This document shows, piece after piece, positions 50,501-62,342 of a stretch of DNA of 64,000 nucleotides. Origin of the DNA: Mytilus californianus. Taxonomy: Eukaryota. Made by a program: the position numbers and the translations under genes. The stretch is from assembly GCF_021869535.1 (NCBI RefSeq), contig NW_026262745.1:24180001-24244000 (forward strand). The letters run 5' to 3'. Under the pieces are notes generated by a model. The model did not search any database. It was not told the origin of the DNA and was given only the letters and a program-made list of their open reading frames with translations. Position 1 is the stretch's first letter. Every line of letters starts with the position of its first letter.

Positions 50501-53500
50501 AGAAAATGTTAGTATTGTAGCCTATGGCAGAATAAATACTACCGTTTTCCCTTTAGGGGCATCGTCACTTCCGTTACCATGTTGAGCGAGTGGGTGAAAA
50601 AAATATGCTATATTGCACGAATTTTTCGGCAAATTAAATTCTTATAATTGCTCATCAGCACTGCTGTCATCAGGGAATTATGATTAAGTACCTACGGAAC
50701 AAACATTATTTCTAGTTTATCCTGCATAATGACGACCACGAAGACGCTTGATGAACTTTAATATTGCAGGGATACAGGCGATCCCCTCTATCTGGTAAAT
50801 GACGTCTTAAAGCCGTGCAAAATGGACGAATTTTTCCGGTAAAGATATAACTCAAAAGTGGTCTATTAATGTAATAAGAATCTGTAAATCACCGACGATC
50901 GTAAACAAATTCCCCGTTTCCATTCTCTATTCTTTAAGATTTTTTTTTTTCGCATGAAGAAGGTATACATTTAAAAAAAAAATGTTCGCCAGTGATGCAT
51001 TACTATTCGTTGCTATAGACGAATTGAATCATATGAAAGCTGCATATATGCTTACCACGCTGAGCTATGCAATTTGATTCGGCTTAAACAGAATCACTTT
51101 TATTTACGAGGAGAATTGCTGAAAACCGTACGGTTAATTTTGAGGTCCAGACAATGCAGTGAAAGATGGGCCTGAACCTCCAGAGTAGAACTGTCAATTC
51201 ATGGAGAAATCGTATTAATCAAATTGTTACAAAAGCATGTGGAAGTCTAAACATCCTAAGAATGTTGAAGTATCATGTGTCTAGAAAAGTTCTGATTAAT
51301 CTATACTTCTCTTTTATACGACCTGTTTAATAAGAGTATGCAGATATCTGTACTCTTCAGGAGGACAACTTGTTAAAGGTTGCTGAAGTGGCTGCAAGTA
51401 GGATTATAACGGGACTCAGAGTAAATTGCCCAAAATCTAAGATGTGAACCTTTATATACACAGTGTTGGAATTGTACTGTACGGTTTTATTTTAAATACT
51501 TTTCGGTCATTCGGGAGACTATGAAGCGGAGCTGCGCCATTCGAAAGAATAACCAGTTGCTTATTGTAAAGTTTGATGTAAAGTTATGACACATGCCCCG
51601 TTTCCATTCTCAATTTTATTGACTTATGACTTATATGACTTATTGGTTTTGCTCAGTTCTTCTTCTTCTTCTTCTTCTTCTTCTTCTTCTTCTTCTTCTT
51701 CTTCTTCTTCTTCTTCTTCTTCTTCTTCTTCTTCTTCCGCCGCTTTTAAATTTGAACTTGTCCGCACCCGTTCTCCAAAACCCCTTGTCAGATAAACTTA
51801 GGGTTTCACAATATGTTAGACTAACATGTCTAGTGGTGCAATCAGGGTTTTGTTTGTGCAATTGGGTTTATAAAGGGGTACTTTGAGGGGCAAAAAGAAA
51901 GGAGGGTTTTACTATAGAACCCTATGGGATTTTACTTTTAAAAATTTTCAAATGATTATAAATTGAAAACCGTTTGTGATAGACACAATCTTTTTAATTG
52001 AAAATGTTCTAAATGATAAAGCACATTAAATGAAATACAGGGTTAGTCCCCAGGGGTCACCCCACCCCCTGCCATTTAAGAAAGTTCTTATATCTTGTAA
52101 GTGGTCAAGATCCCCACCCCTAAACTATACATATTCTGGTTTGTCATGCTAAGATGGTTTGAATGATATACAGGGTTAGTCCCCAGGGGTCATCCCGACC
52201 CCCTGCCATTTGAGAAAGTTCTAATATCTTGTAAATGGTCGAGATCCCCACCCCTAAACCATATATATTCTGGTTTGTCATAATAAAGCACATCAAATGA
52301 AATACAGGGTTAGTCCCCAGGGGTCACCCCACCCCCTGCCATTTAAGAAAGTTCTAATATCTTTGTAAGTGGTCAAGATCCCCACCCTTAAACCATATAT
52401 ATTCTGGTTTGTCATGCTAAGATGGTTTGAATGATATACAGGGTTAGTCCCCAGGGGTCATTCCGACCCCCTGCCATTTGAGAAAGTTCTAATATCTTGT
52501 AAATGGTCGAGATCCCCACCCCTAAACCATATATATTCTGGTTTGTCATGATAAAGCACATCAAATGAAATACAGGGTTAGTCCCCAGGGGTCACCCCCA
52601 CCCCCTGCCATTTAAGAAAGTTCTAATATCTTGTAAGTGGTCGCGATCCCCACCCCTAAACCATATATATTCTGGTTTGTCATACCAAGATGATTTGAAT
52701 GATATACAGGGTTAGTCCCCAGGGGTCATCCCGACCCCCTGCCATTTGAGAAAGTTCTAATATTTTGTAAATGGTCGAGATCCCCACCCATTAACCATAT
52801 ATATTCCTGTTCATGTCTCGAACATTTGAATGACGTATATGGTCAGTCCCCAGGGGTTCCCCCCACCCCCAATGTTCTAATATCTTGTAAATGGTCGAGA
52901 TCCCCACCCCTAAACCATATATATTCCTGTTCGTCATGTCTCGAACATTTGGATGACGTTTAGGGTCAGTCCCCAGGGGTTCCCCCCACCCCCAATGTTC
53001 TAGTATCTTGTAAATGGTCGAGATCCCCACCCCTAAACCATATATATTCTGGTTTGTCATGCCAAGATGATTTGAATGATATACAGGGTTAGTCCCCAGG
53101 CATCACTAATGCATATAACTTTACTGGACCAAACCAATTTTCACTGGACTTTGTCCAATGTCAGGCGACCCTGGGAATTACCAATTATGGGAGCTTCGTT
53201 TGGGAGACTTCGTAACAGCATCCTGTTACATACATTTCTTGTTACTATATTTATTTGTATTTTTTACTCTTTAATAGATATAAGAAGATGTGGTATGAGT
53301 GCCAATGAGACAACTCTCCATCCAAGTCAAAATTTAAAAAAAGTAAACCATTATAGGTCAAAGTACGGTCTTCAACACGGAGCCTTGGCTCACACCGAAC
53401 AGTAAGCTATAAAGGGCCCCAAAAATTACTAGTGTAAAACCATTCAAACGGGAAAACCAACGGTCTAATCTATATAAAAAAGAGAAACGAGAAACACTTA

Positions 53501-56500
53501 TGAACCACATCAACAAACGACAACTACTGAACATCAGATTCCTGACTTAGGACAGGTGCAAACAAATGCAGCGGGTTTAAACGTTTTAATGGTACCAAAC
53601 CTTCACCCTTTTTCTGAAACAATAGTGTAACATCACAACATAGAAAGACACACTATAAAATATCAACTGCAATAGCTTAACTCAATCAAAGGACATATAA
53701 GCACCAATGAACATACAATGAACAAATACATTTGACCGATGATACAATGCAAATACTGTTTATATGAAAATCAGATAAATACCCAGCCCAGATAATTGCT
53801 CAAACAAGGTAATGGGACTGTTAAATTTTATAAATTCAAATGTTAAATTTGTTAAACTCTGGTTGAGGAAGTAACAAACTTACTATCTTACCATTCTTGG
53901 GAAAATGTCTGTACCAAGTCAGGACAATAGCTGTTGTTTTTAATCTGTTCCCTTGATTGATAGCGTTTGATTTTGTCTGTTTTTATGGATTTCCCCTTTT
54001 TAATCGACCGCAAAAAAATTTTGCGGTCGTATATTGGTATGACGTTGGCGTCGTCGTCGTCATCGTCCGGCGTCGGCGTCGTCGTCCGGCGTCGGCGTCG
54101 TCGTCGTCGTCGTCGTCGTCCGAAGACACATTGGTTTTCGCAATCTAACTTTAGTTTAAGTGAATGGATCTCTATGAAATTTTACCATAAGGTTCAATGC
54201 CACAAAAGGAAGGTTGGGATTGATTTTTGCTACCAACAGTTAAGGAATTAGGGGCCAAAAAGGGGCCAAAAATAAGCATTTTTGTAACTTCCAGACATAA
54301 CTTGTGTGTTAGTGTATGGATCTCTCTGACATTGTACCACAAGGTTCCATATCACAAAGGGAATGCTGGGATTGATTTTGGGGGTAATTGCCTCCAAATT
54401 TTAGAAATTAGGGGCCAAAAAGGGGCAAAAAACAAGCATTTTTCTAGTTTCATGACAATAACTTGTGTGTAAGTGTATGGATCTCTCTTGACATTGTACC
54501 ACAAGGTTCCATATCACAAAGGGAATGCTGGGATTGATTTTGGGGGTAATTGCCTCAAAATTTTAGGAATTAGGGACCATAAAGGGGCAAAAAAACAAGC
54601 AGTTTTCTAGTTTCATGACAATAACTTGTGTGTAAGTGTATGGATCTTTATGAAATTGTACTACAAGGTTCCATATCACAAAGGGTAAGCTGGAATTGAG
54701 TTTGGGGGTAATTGCCCAAAACGTTTAGGAATAAGGGGCCAAAAATAAGCATTTTTATACGCCCGTCAAATTTTTGACGGGACGTATTATGGTATACAAA
54801 TGTCCGGCGTCCGTCCGTCTGTCTGTCCGTCTGTCCGTCTGTCTGTCCGTCTGTCTGTCCGGCGTAAACATGTCGCACCGTTACTTGAGAATGACTTATC
54901 CAAATTTCATGAAACTTAACATAGTTGTTTGTTATGATGGTCAAACGATCTGTATACTTTTTGGTGAAAATAAGATTAAAACTTTTTGAGTTACGGGACT
55001 TAGTAACTAAAACAGGTGTGTGTTTTTTTTCACATGTCGCGCCGTATCTCAAAAACAATTTATGATTATTGCTTAAAACTTTACACACTTCTTAGTTATA
55101 TTAATCTTAAGATCTTTTTTGGTGATGATTCAAAATTTTATTTTAGAGATATTGAGTATTTTGTTAAAAAAGGGGGAGGGGTTTTTCACATGTCGCGCCG
55201 TATCTCAAAAACAGTTTATGATTATTGCTTAAAACTTTACACACTTCTTAGTTATATTAACCTTAAGATCTGTATATTTTTTGGTGATGATTCAAAATTT
55301 TATTTTTGAGTTATTGAGTATTTTGTAAAAAAAGGGGGAGGGGTTTTTCACGTCACGCATTATCTCAAAAACGATTTATGATTATTGCTTAAAATTTTAC
55401 ACACTTCTTAGTTATATTAATCCAAAGATCTGTATACTTTTTGGTTTTGATTCAAAATTTTATTTTTGAGATATTGATTTTTTTTTTTTTAAAGGGGGGT
55501 TTTCACATGTCGCGCCGTATCTCAAAAACGATTTATGAGTATGGCTTAAAATTTTACACACTTCTTAGTTATATTAATCTAAAGATCTGTATACGTTTTG
55601 GTTTTGATTCAAAATTTTATTTTAGAGATATTGAATTTTTTTGTAAAAAAAAAGGGGGGGTTTTTGCATGTCACGCCGTATGTCAGAAACTATTTATGCT
55701 TATTGCATAAAAATTCACACACAAGACGACGGGCGTATCATGCGCTCATGGCGCAGCTGTTTATTCTAGTTTCCAGACAATAACTTGTGTTCAAGTGTAT
55801 GGATCTCTCTGAAATTGTACTGCAAGGTACCATACCACAAAGGGAAGGCTGGGATTGATTTTGGGGGTAATTGCCTCAAAATTTTAGGAATTAGGGACCA
55901 TAAAGGGGCAAAAAAACAAGCATTTTTCTAGTTTCATGACAATAGTTTGTGTGTAAGTGTATGGATCTTTATGAAATTGTACTACAGGTTCCATATCACA
56001 AAGGGAAAGCTTGGTTTGAGTTTGGGGGTAATTGCCCTAAACGTTTAGGAATTTGGGGCCAAAAAGGGGCCAACAATAAGCATTTTTCTAGTTTCCAGAC
56101 AATAACTTGTGTTCAAGTGTATGGATCTCTCTGAAATTGTACTGCAAGGTACCATACCACAAAGGGAAGGCTGGGATTGAGTTTGGGGGTGATGAATCAT
56201 AAGGGGGTTCAAAAAATTTGGGGGGGGGGATTTTTTTTTCCTTTTTTTTCTTTAAAATTTTCCATTTTAAATTGATTGTCTGATTTATATATAAAAGCAA
56301 ATAATAATGATATGGTTTGAATAGGTAAATTAAAATTTTTTAAGTTCTTAGAACACATTCATTCTGTGTCAGAAACCTATGCTGTGTCAAATATTTAATT
56401 ACAATCCAAATTCAGTGCTGTATCAAGCTTGAATGTTGTGTCCATACTTGCCCCAACTGTTCAGGGTTCGACCTCTGCGGTCGTATCAAGGTGCGCCCCA

Positions 56501-59500
56501 GCGGAGCATTTTATTGAATTTGCATTGGATTTTAGTAATTTGTTATACTTGTTTACAATAGTAACAGTATTCAGCTATACAATTCATATTTCACGCACCT
56601 TATTATTGTTATTTTATATATCATCTTTTATGATTCCTTTCAACTTTCGTCATAATTGTCGCCATAACACATGCATTTTTCAATCATTATTATATTATGA
56701 CATTGTTAAATATCAGTTGTGTACCTGAGATGCTTTTGATTTGATATATTAATTTGAGTTACATGTATTTCCCTTAGAATGTAAAATGTCTTTGTTCACA
56801 CGGATTTGCTATGTTTTTTATTGCTTTGTATTGAGAATGATGTACAGGTATATACTAAGCTAAACCTGTTATCCAATCAATTTCAGTTATTTTCTGAATA
56901 AAATATGTTAAAATTAAATACTAGTATATGATGTTTTGATTTATCCGAAGCTTTAACTAATAAACAGATCTCAAATGTTAATTCAAGGCGAGAACGAATA
57001 AATTGTTTGTGTATGGTAGGACTAAACATTTTAATCACCACAAATCACCTCTAATACATTATAAACGCAAAGCTTAATCGTTCAGATTGTATGGATAAGG
57101 TTCTCCAGTCAGATTTCTTCGATATCAAGATGTTTTCCCCAATAAAATCGTTCGTCCTTTAAGAATTCCAATAATATAAATAGTTGCTAACGTCTGCACC
57201 TTAATACAAATTATGGGCAGGGCATTCCAGTTTCTAACAGTCTTTGTATAAAATAATTCCCTCTGAGTAGCTGTGCTTCAAGACGTTAATTGGAAGGAAC
57301 TTTTATCTGAATCTGAATAGGTACGTTGCAGGGCTAGTATATGGCATCAATGGCACCGGAAGAGAGGCACTGGAAAATTAGTCCAACGATGTGAGAGGAA
57401 GCTCTCTATTTTCTTTGCTCACACGAGATTGGCTGGTAGTCTATTCCAATCGGAAATTGTTCTTACAAAGAATGACTGTTTGTATTGGTCAGATTTACTA
57501 GGTGGAATTTTGAAACACCGGCTGTGGTTTTGTACAAATTGGTCTACAATGTTTGTTGTTTTATAGTCACTAAATTGTTTGGATTTTATTTGGCGTTTTG
57601 GTCTCGTTTTGATTAATACTGAATCTTGCGGGATAGCTGGTACCAACTCCCCGGCCACCTTGAAGAGAAAAGTGAGCCTACTGTGACACCGTCTGTTTTC
57701 AAGTGTTGGAAGTTTGAGTTCGTTCATTAGTCACCTTATACTACCTTCCTCTTTGCTTGTATACTCCCCAATGATGAAACTACTTGTCTCTGGACGCGTT
57801 CTAGTGCATTAATGTCCTTGATTAAATAAGGGTCACATACTATGGATGCGTATTCTAACAGTGACCGGATAAGCCCTAAGGAAGCCTTGTTTCCTGCAAT
57901 CCTTTGGACAATGACGGAGGTTTCGTCGCAAATAGCCTAGAGTGGAGTTAGTTTTCTTCACGGTTTTAGCAATGTGGACGCCCCATCTCAGATCATCTGA
58001 GATAATAACACCGAGGTACAGATTTTGTTGTACCTGTTGCATAATTTGGTTGTCTAGTTTGTAGAATTGAGATGATTTGTTGTTGACGCTCATCACTGTA
58101 ACATATTTTAGATTAAATCTCAAATCCCATTTGTGATCCATTCTTTCTATGATACAAGGTCGTTTTGTAGTAATTTGTGGTCCTGTTGTGTTTGGACTTT
58201 ACTATATAGTAGGCAATTGTCGGCGAATAATCAGACTGAGATTTAACAATTTCAAGTAAGTCATAAATATGGACAACAGCGGTCTATGTACCGTGCCTTG
58301 TGGTACTCCTGATGCTACACCCACAGAGTTAGAATTTTCGCAATCTACCAGGACTCGCATAGATCGTTTCATATTTGAATTTCGACTAAATCGGGTTGGA
58401 TTGATGCATCTTTGTGGACATTTATTATTTTTTTCTGTGTTCTTCAATTGATATAAAAATAAGGAGATGTAGTATGTTTACTAATGAGACAATTATCCAC
58501 CAAAGTTCAAATGAAGTGGATGTAAGCAATTATATGCAACAAGGAATTCAATCATGAGTAAATTAAATCCGTACCATATAGTCCGCTATAAAATGCACCG
58601 ACAGGAAAAATAGGAAAAAGTTCAATTGAAAAAACTAACAGCCTAATTTATAACAAAACAATTTACGAAAAAACAAATATGACAGACATGAACCAATGGA
58701 TTTTCAGGAGGTGTTGGATCCATATGTGTGTGTCCCCTTTTATCTCATAGTGGTGAAGTTTGTGTATTTATAGGATGTGAGACACTTTGTTGAATGCTTT
58801 GCTGAACTCCATAATTAAATTGTTGACTTAAAGCACTGGCTAGGTGTCACAGGACAGCCTTTTCCGAAAACCATGTTGGAGTTGATGTTGATGCTAGATG
58901 TTGTACTGATCAGCATGAGCTATGATGTCACTAGTTTCAATTTTATTTATATACAAACAACGAAAAAAAATATACTTCTCATAATAATTGCTATTCTGTA
59001 CATTTTAAAATAGCCACCACGCCTCATATAGACTATCGCACATCAGCGAATGGACCATCGAACTTCGGCGCAGACCATCGCACTTCAGCGTGACCATCGC
59101 ACCTCAGCGTCCCCATTGCACCTCCGAGTCCTACATATTTAATTGCATTCAGTATAATCTTGTATTCTTTTATTTTTAGTACGCAAAGTTGGTACGAGAA
59201 TACAAACCAGAAAAGCCCTTAAATCCGAGCAACCTTAGAACCGATTTGTATAGAGCATTGTGTGAAAGGCAAAGTTCTTCAAGCTATGTAGACGCTGTGT
59301 ATGAATTTTATTTCTTATTTCGGTTAAGTGAAGAGTATGATCTACTTGAGAGGCAAAGTAAAAATCAAAAGCAGGTTAGTTTAATATATATAGTAAACAA
59401 TGCAATTTGAATTCTTGTACGAAATCGTACGCGTATATTCAATAAGATATCGGACCCTAATAAATAGGTAGTCATTATAGCCAAAGTTTTCATTCGTAAT

Positions 59501-61200
59501 GATATAAAAGGGGATTTAACAGTATATACATAAATGATATAAACTATAAGGAAATGTAGTGTTAATGTTTAGTAGAGGTTTGCTACATACAAGGATGGAA
59601 TTGTTCCTAGGGTTCTTAGTTCTAAAGGTCTAGTCGTTTTATGAACGCAATCTTGATTTTGGTGACAATTGTGACATACCGGTGTTCCAGATGGTCATGG
59701 ATTTGTACCACTTGTCGAAACCACAAAAAAGAATAAACACGACTAAGGCGGAAAAAACGACTTTCGTCTGTAAATGATATTATCTAAATTTACGGGCTCT
59801 ATAAACATCATCACCATCAAAATTAGGATGTGATATCCCGTTTGTAATAAGATTTCTACAAGACTTTAGTGCATCCATAATATTAAACCAAATTGTTTGT
59901 ATCTGTGGAAACAATAAGTAAAGGAGAGGCAAAAGATACCAAACGGACATTCAAATCATAAGTCGAAAATAAACTGACAACGCCATGACTATAAAAGAAA
60001 AAGACCAACAGACAAACAACTGAACACAAAACACAACATAGAAAACTAAAGACTGATCAACATGAACCCCACCAAAAACTGGGGGTTGATCTCAGTTGAT
60101 CCGGAAGATCATCCTCCACATGTGGCTCATGTTAGTACAAACCCGGTGTTAAGTCTTATTCGATAGGGGAAAAGTGGATGGGATTGTAGTTACGACAATT
60201 GGAACATATCCGTTGACATCTGGGAAACAGATATTCCATAACGGCCAACCAACTCGTGATGGCGTCCGTAAATTTATTAATAGCTTCCCTGTTAGCAGCA
60301 ACCCTCTATCAAGAAAATCATGATAGGAAATACAAGACCTGGAATATCGTATCAACTGGGAGATATCTACTCCGTATGCAGGCGCTGCTTGAATGTTGCT
60401 ACATAGAAATGGAAAGTTCACAATTGGGAAGCTGAAATCTTCTCTTTTGTCGTAAACTTTTGTTTAGTAAAGGTTTTAAGTAAATTGTGTTAACGAAATC
60501 TCTGACTAATGAATTTACTATAATGTAATTTCTAAAACAGAATAAAAAACGCTTCTTATCACATAAAACTTTCTTGTTTTGAATTTTATTATAAAAAGTA
60601 GAAAATTTTGAAAATATGAGTGTTATCGAATATGGTTGCAGAATAAATACTGTTCCCCTAACGTAAGAAAAGCTTACCATGTGGACGAATCTGGTCCCCC
60701 TCCTTTTTGAGTTCATGTGATTCTTGGCTTTTTTTTATGTGTAAATTTGCTGTACATCATATATGAGTTTTGAACATCAGTAAACTACTATTGCCTCTTA
60801 TTTACAAGATATAGACTATTTGCTTATGTTGTATACGTATCGTCCTGAACATGCACGAAATAATTGCCACTGGACGCTAGGCAAACAGCATTCAATTATA
60901 TATCGAATGTGTAAAACCATTGTGATAATATTCATTAAAGCATATTTCGGCAACAGTTGGCGCTAACCAGCAACCTGCAGTGCCAAAAACAAGAGTTTCG
61001 AACTTTGCAGCTACTGTTTATACACCTGGAAGACAACAAAGTGTTGATTCTGCATTTCCACAAAATCACAATAATGTTAAAATCATCGAAGAGGAAAATG
61101 CAGGACTAAAAGTTTTAGTTGACAGGCAAGGCCAAGATATTATTTTGCTACAGAAGGCGAAGAGAGACAACGAACGGGTTATTGATGAATTAAGAAACAG
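47529..61200 (+). CDS. Third MIEAP-like paralog C, 5' part only (3 coding exons in window)
   Basis: join(47529-47684, 59180-59374, 60941 or 60971-61200). Exon 1 MSVGSYYIPPSLRSRPGINQIL matches gene B MSVIQPVGRGDYFIPREYRRRPNIEVIL. Exon 2 TDLYRAL..DAVYEF matches B SNLYVVL..TAMEEF. Exon 3 ends in coiled coil VIDELRN-AG|GT (phase 2), as in A and B. No downstream exon recognised before 64000, so the MIEAP domain itself is not seen. Confidence 0.7.
47995..48056. repeat. (CGAAA)n pentanucleotide microsatellite
   Basis: About 8 perfect AACGA/CGAAA units at ~48004-48045, with flanking degenerate units, preceded by GTGCCGGGGAAGCG. Confidence 0.85.
48270..48620 (+). mobile_element. Highly degenerate CR1/L2-like LINE RT fragment
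   Basis: Broken-frame translation gives NFRSIS, QSGF, GSTGYQ, DVRFIF, EKVWHKGLL.YKL, matching the NYRPISL/QSGF/DKVWHxGLLxKL RT signature. Confidence 0.5.
48750..50237 (+). mobile_element. HINE-like element with (GTC)n microsatellite and ~160-bp core repeats
   Basis: 5' ACGATCGCAAA..TTTGCGTTCGTAT, (GTC)n, repeats of GGATCTCT.TGAAA...CCACAAAAGGAAGGTTGGGATTGATTTT, 3' CCAACTGTTCAGAGTTCGACCTCTGCGGTCGTAT. Same family as 53997-56515. Confidence 0.8.
51637..53246 (+). mobile_element. HINE-like element with (TTC)27 and a 134-bp satellite array
   Basis: (TTC)n at 51657-51737; tandem units anchored at 52035, 52168, 52302, 52436, 52570, 52704 plus shorter variants; 3' GGGAGACTTCGTAACAGCATCCTGTTAC shared with 9543-10814. 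Confidence 0.8.
53997..56515 (+). mobile_element. HINE-like element (GTC microsatellite family) interrupted by a second HINE
   Basis: 5' CGACCGCAAAAAAATTTTGCGGTCGTAT, (GTC/GGCGTC)n, core repeats, 3' TTCGACCTCTGCGGTCGTAT..GCGCCCCAGCGGAGCA. Confidence 0.8.
54756..55765 (+). mobile_element. Nested HINE with (GTCC/GTCT)n and five ~158-bp repeats
   Basis: 5' ATACGCCCGTCAAATTTTTGACGGG; 3' GACGGGCGTAT + TGCGCTCATGGCGCA hairpin. Inserted into the T-run of the host motif AAGCATTTTT|CTAGTTTCC, which is intact in neighbouring host units. Confidence 0.85.
57180..58365 (-). mobile_element. Degenerate L2/CR1-type LINE 3' fragments (two adjacent 3' ends)
   Basis: VASGVPQGTV, WDLRFN..YLGVIISDDLRW..HI..NSTLGYLRRNL, LKLPTLENRR..SFFVRTISDWNRLP. 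A second C-terminal motif (TVRNWNALP) lies at ~57190-57280. Confidence 0.85.
59036..59130. repeat. GC-rich ~19-21 bp minisatellite just upstream of gene C exon 2
   Basis: GACCATCGCAC(T/C)TCAGCG-like unit repeated about 5 times with variation. Confidence 0.7.
59920..60470 (-). mobile_element. Penelope-like retroelement RT 3' fragment in gene C intron 2
   Basis: NFPFLCSNIQAAPAYGVDISQLIRYSRSCISYHDFLDRGLLLTGKL, LYDKREDFSF-like upstream, shared 3' tail. Confidence 0.8.
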
Positions 61201-61689
61201 GTACGTGATCACTTATTACATTTAATATGTCTTCTGTAGTAAGAAGATATGCACTGTTTACACAGTTTAGATAAGCTATTTCATTGATTTAATAGATGAT
61301 AAACAATGATGAGTGAGAATTATAGGTTTCATAACGAGTAAGAGTTGAACATCGCTTGATATCAACTCCCGTTTTTTTATTACAATTTTATAATAAACAA
61401 GCCTTATTGAAATTAGAAAAAAAACGAGAGTTGATATCAAGCGATATCGAATCCTCACAGGATGTTCAATGGTAGAAATCAATTTTGCGGAAAGAAAAAA
61501 ATCAGCGCGAAACATTGTTTTTGTCTTTTGCACTGAACTGTTTTGACACAATGAGTCTGTTTCCCGTGTCACCATTAATGATGTATTCTTCTGACGTTTC
61601 AGTCTCGTTCGGGAATTATTTCCAAAACATGTGATAAAAGTGGAAAGTATCAATGAATTTAAAAAATATTATAATCAAACTAAACTATG

Positions 61690-62342
61690 TGAAAAAAATT
61701 GTTTTGTTACAATAAGTAGTTTTTGAGTAATAAAATTTTCAATTTTTATAAGCAATCCGGTCAGTGTCATCAGCCAAAATGTTGAGAAAATGGGTGAAGT
61801 ATACTAAGAAATGATTTTACCAAAGATATGTACATCCCATATCAATTTCTTCTTTTCAATATTCTTAGATATGTATTTTTTCAATCGTTCATAACAAAGA
61901 AGTTGATACAATATGGTTTTTGTTCTAAAGAAAAAGAGAAAAATCCGAAGTTTACAAAATTTACAGCATGGTCAATTTGACACAAAAAAGCAACAAAATT
62001 TTATAAAACTTTCTTATATTAACACCTACCTATAGTTTTTTTAAGTTAAATTTATTCAGATTGGTCCACTTCATCTTTAATGAAAGTATGAAAACAAGTT
62101 TAATTGTGAAACTGTGATTTTTTTCATGATAATAGCCCAAAAATAGGTAAAATTTGAAGAAAAATGGGAAAATCATAAAAATGGGGTACTTTCAAATGGC
62201 CGTAGCAAAAAAAGAGGTCCACCACCATGTGATTTTTTCTTCATAAATTACTTTCTTAAAGTCATATAAACCCAAAAATCAGGTTAAGAAAAAAAGTTTA
62301 ATTCTAGAAATTTTTGGTTCCTCAGAGGTGTACATCCTTAAC
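61690..62342. mobile_element. Probable end of a TTAA-targeting (Kolobok-like) non-autonomous DNA transposon
   Basis: Ends in TTTTGGTTCCTCAGAGGTGTACATCC-TTAA. The matching opposite terminus was not found; family assignment is from recall. Confidence 0.35.

Noticed and set aside
51586-51886. Poly-Ser/poly-Leu/poly-Arg ORFs
   Set aside because: Translations of the (TTC)27 microsatellite.
53957-55710. Several 60-146 aa ORFs
   Set aside because: They lie in microsatellites and core repeats of nested HINEs; no protein motifs.
59036-59130. Mini-CRISPR-like array
   Set aside because: Units are adjacent and degenerate, with no spacers.
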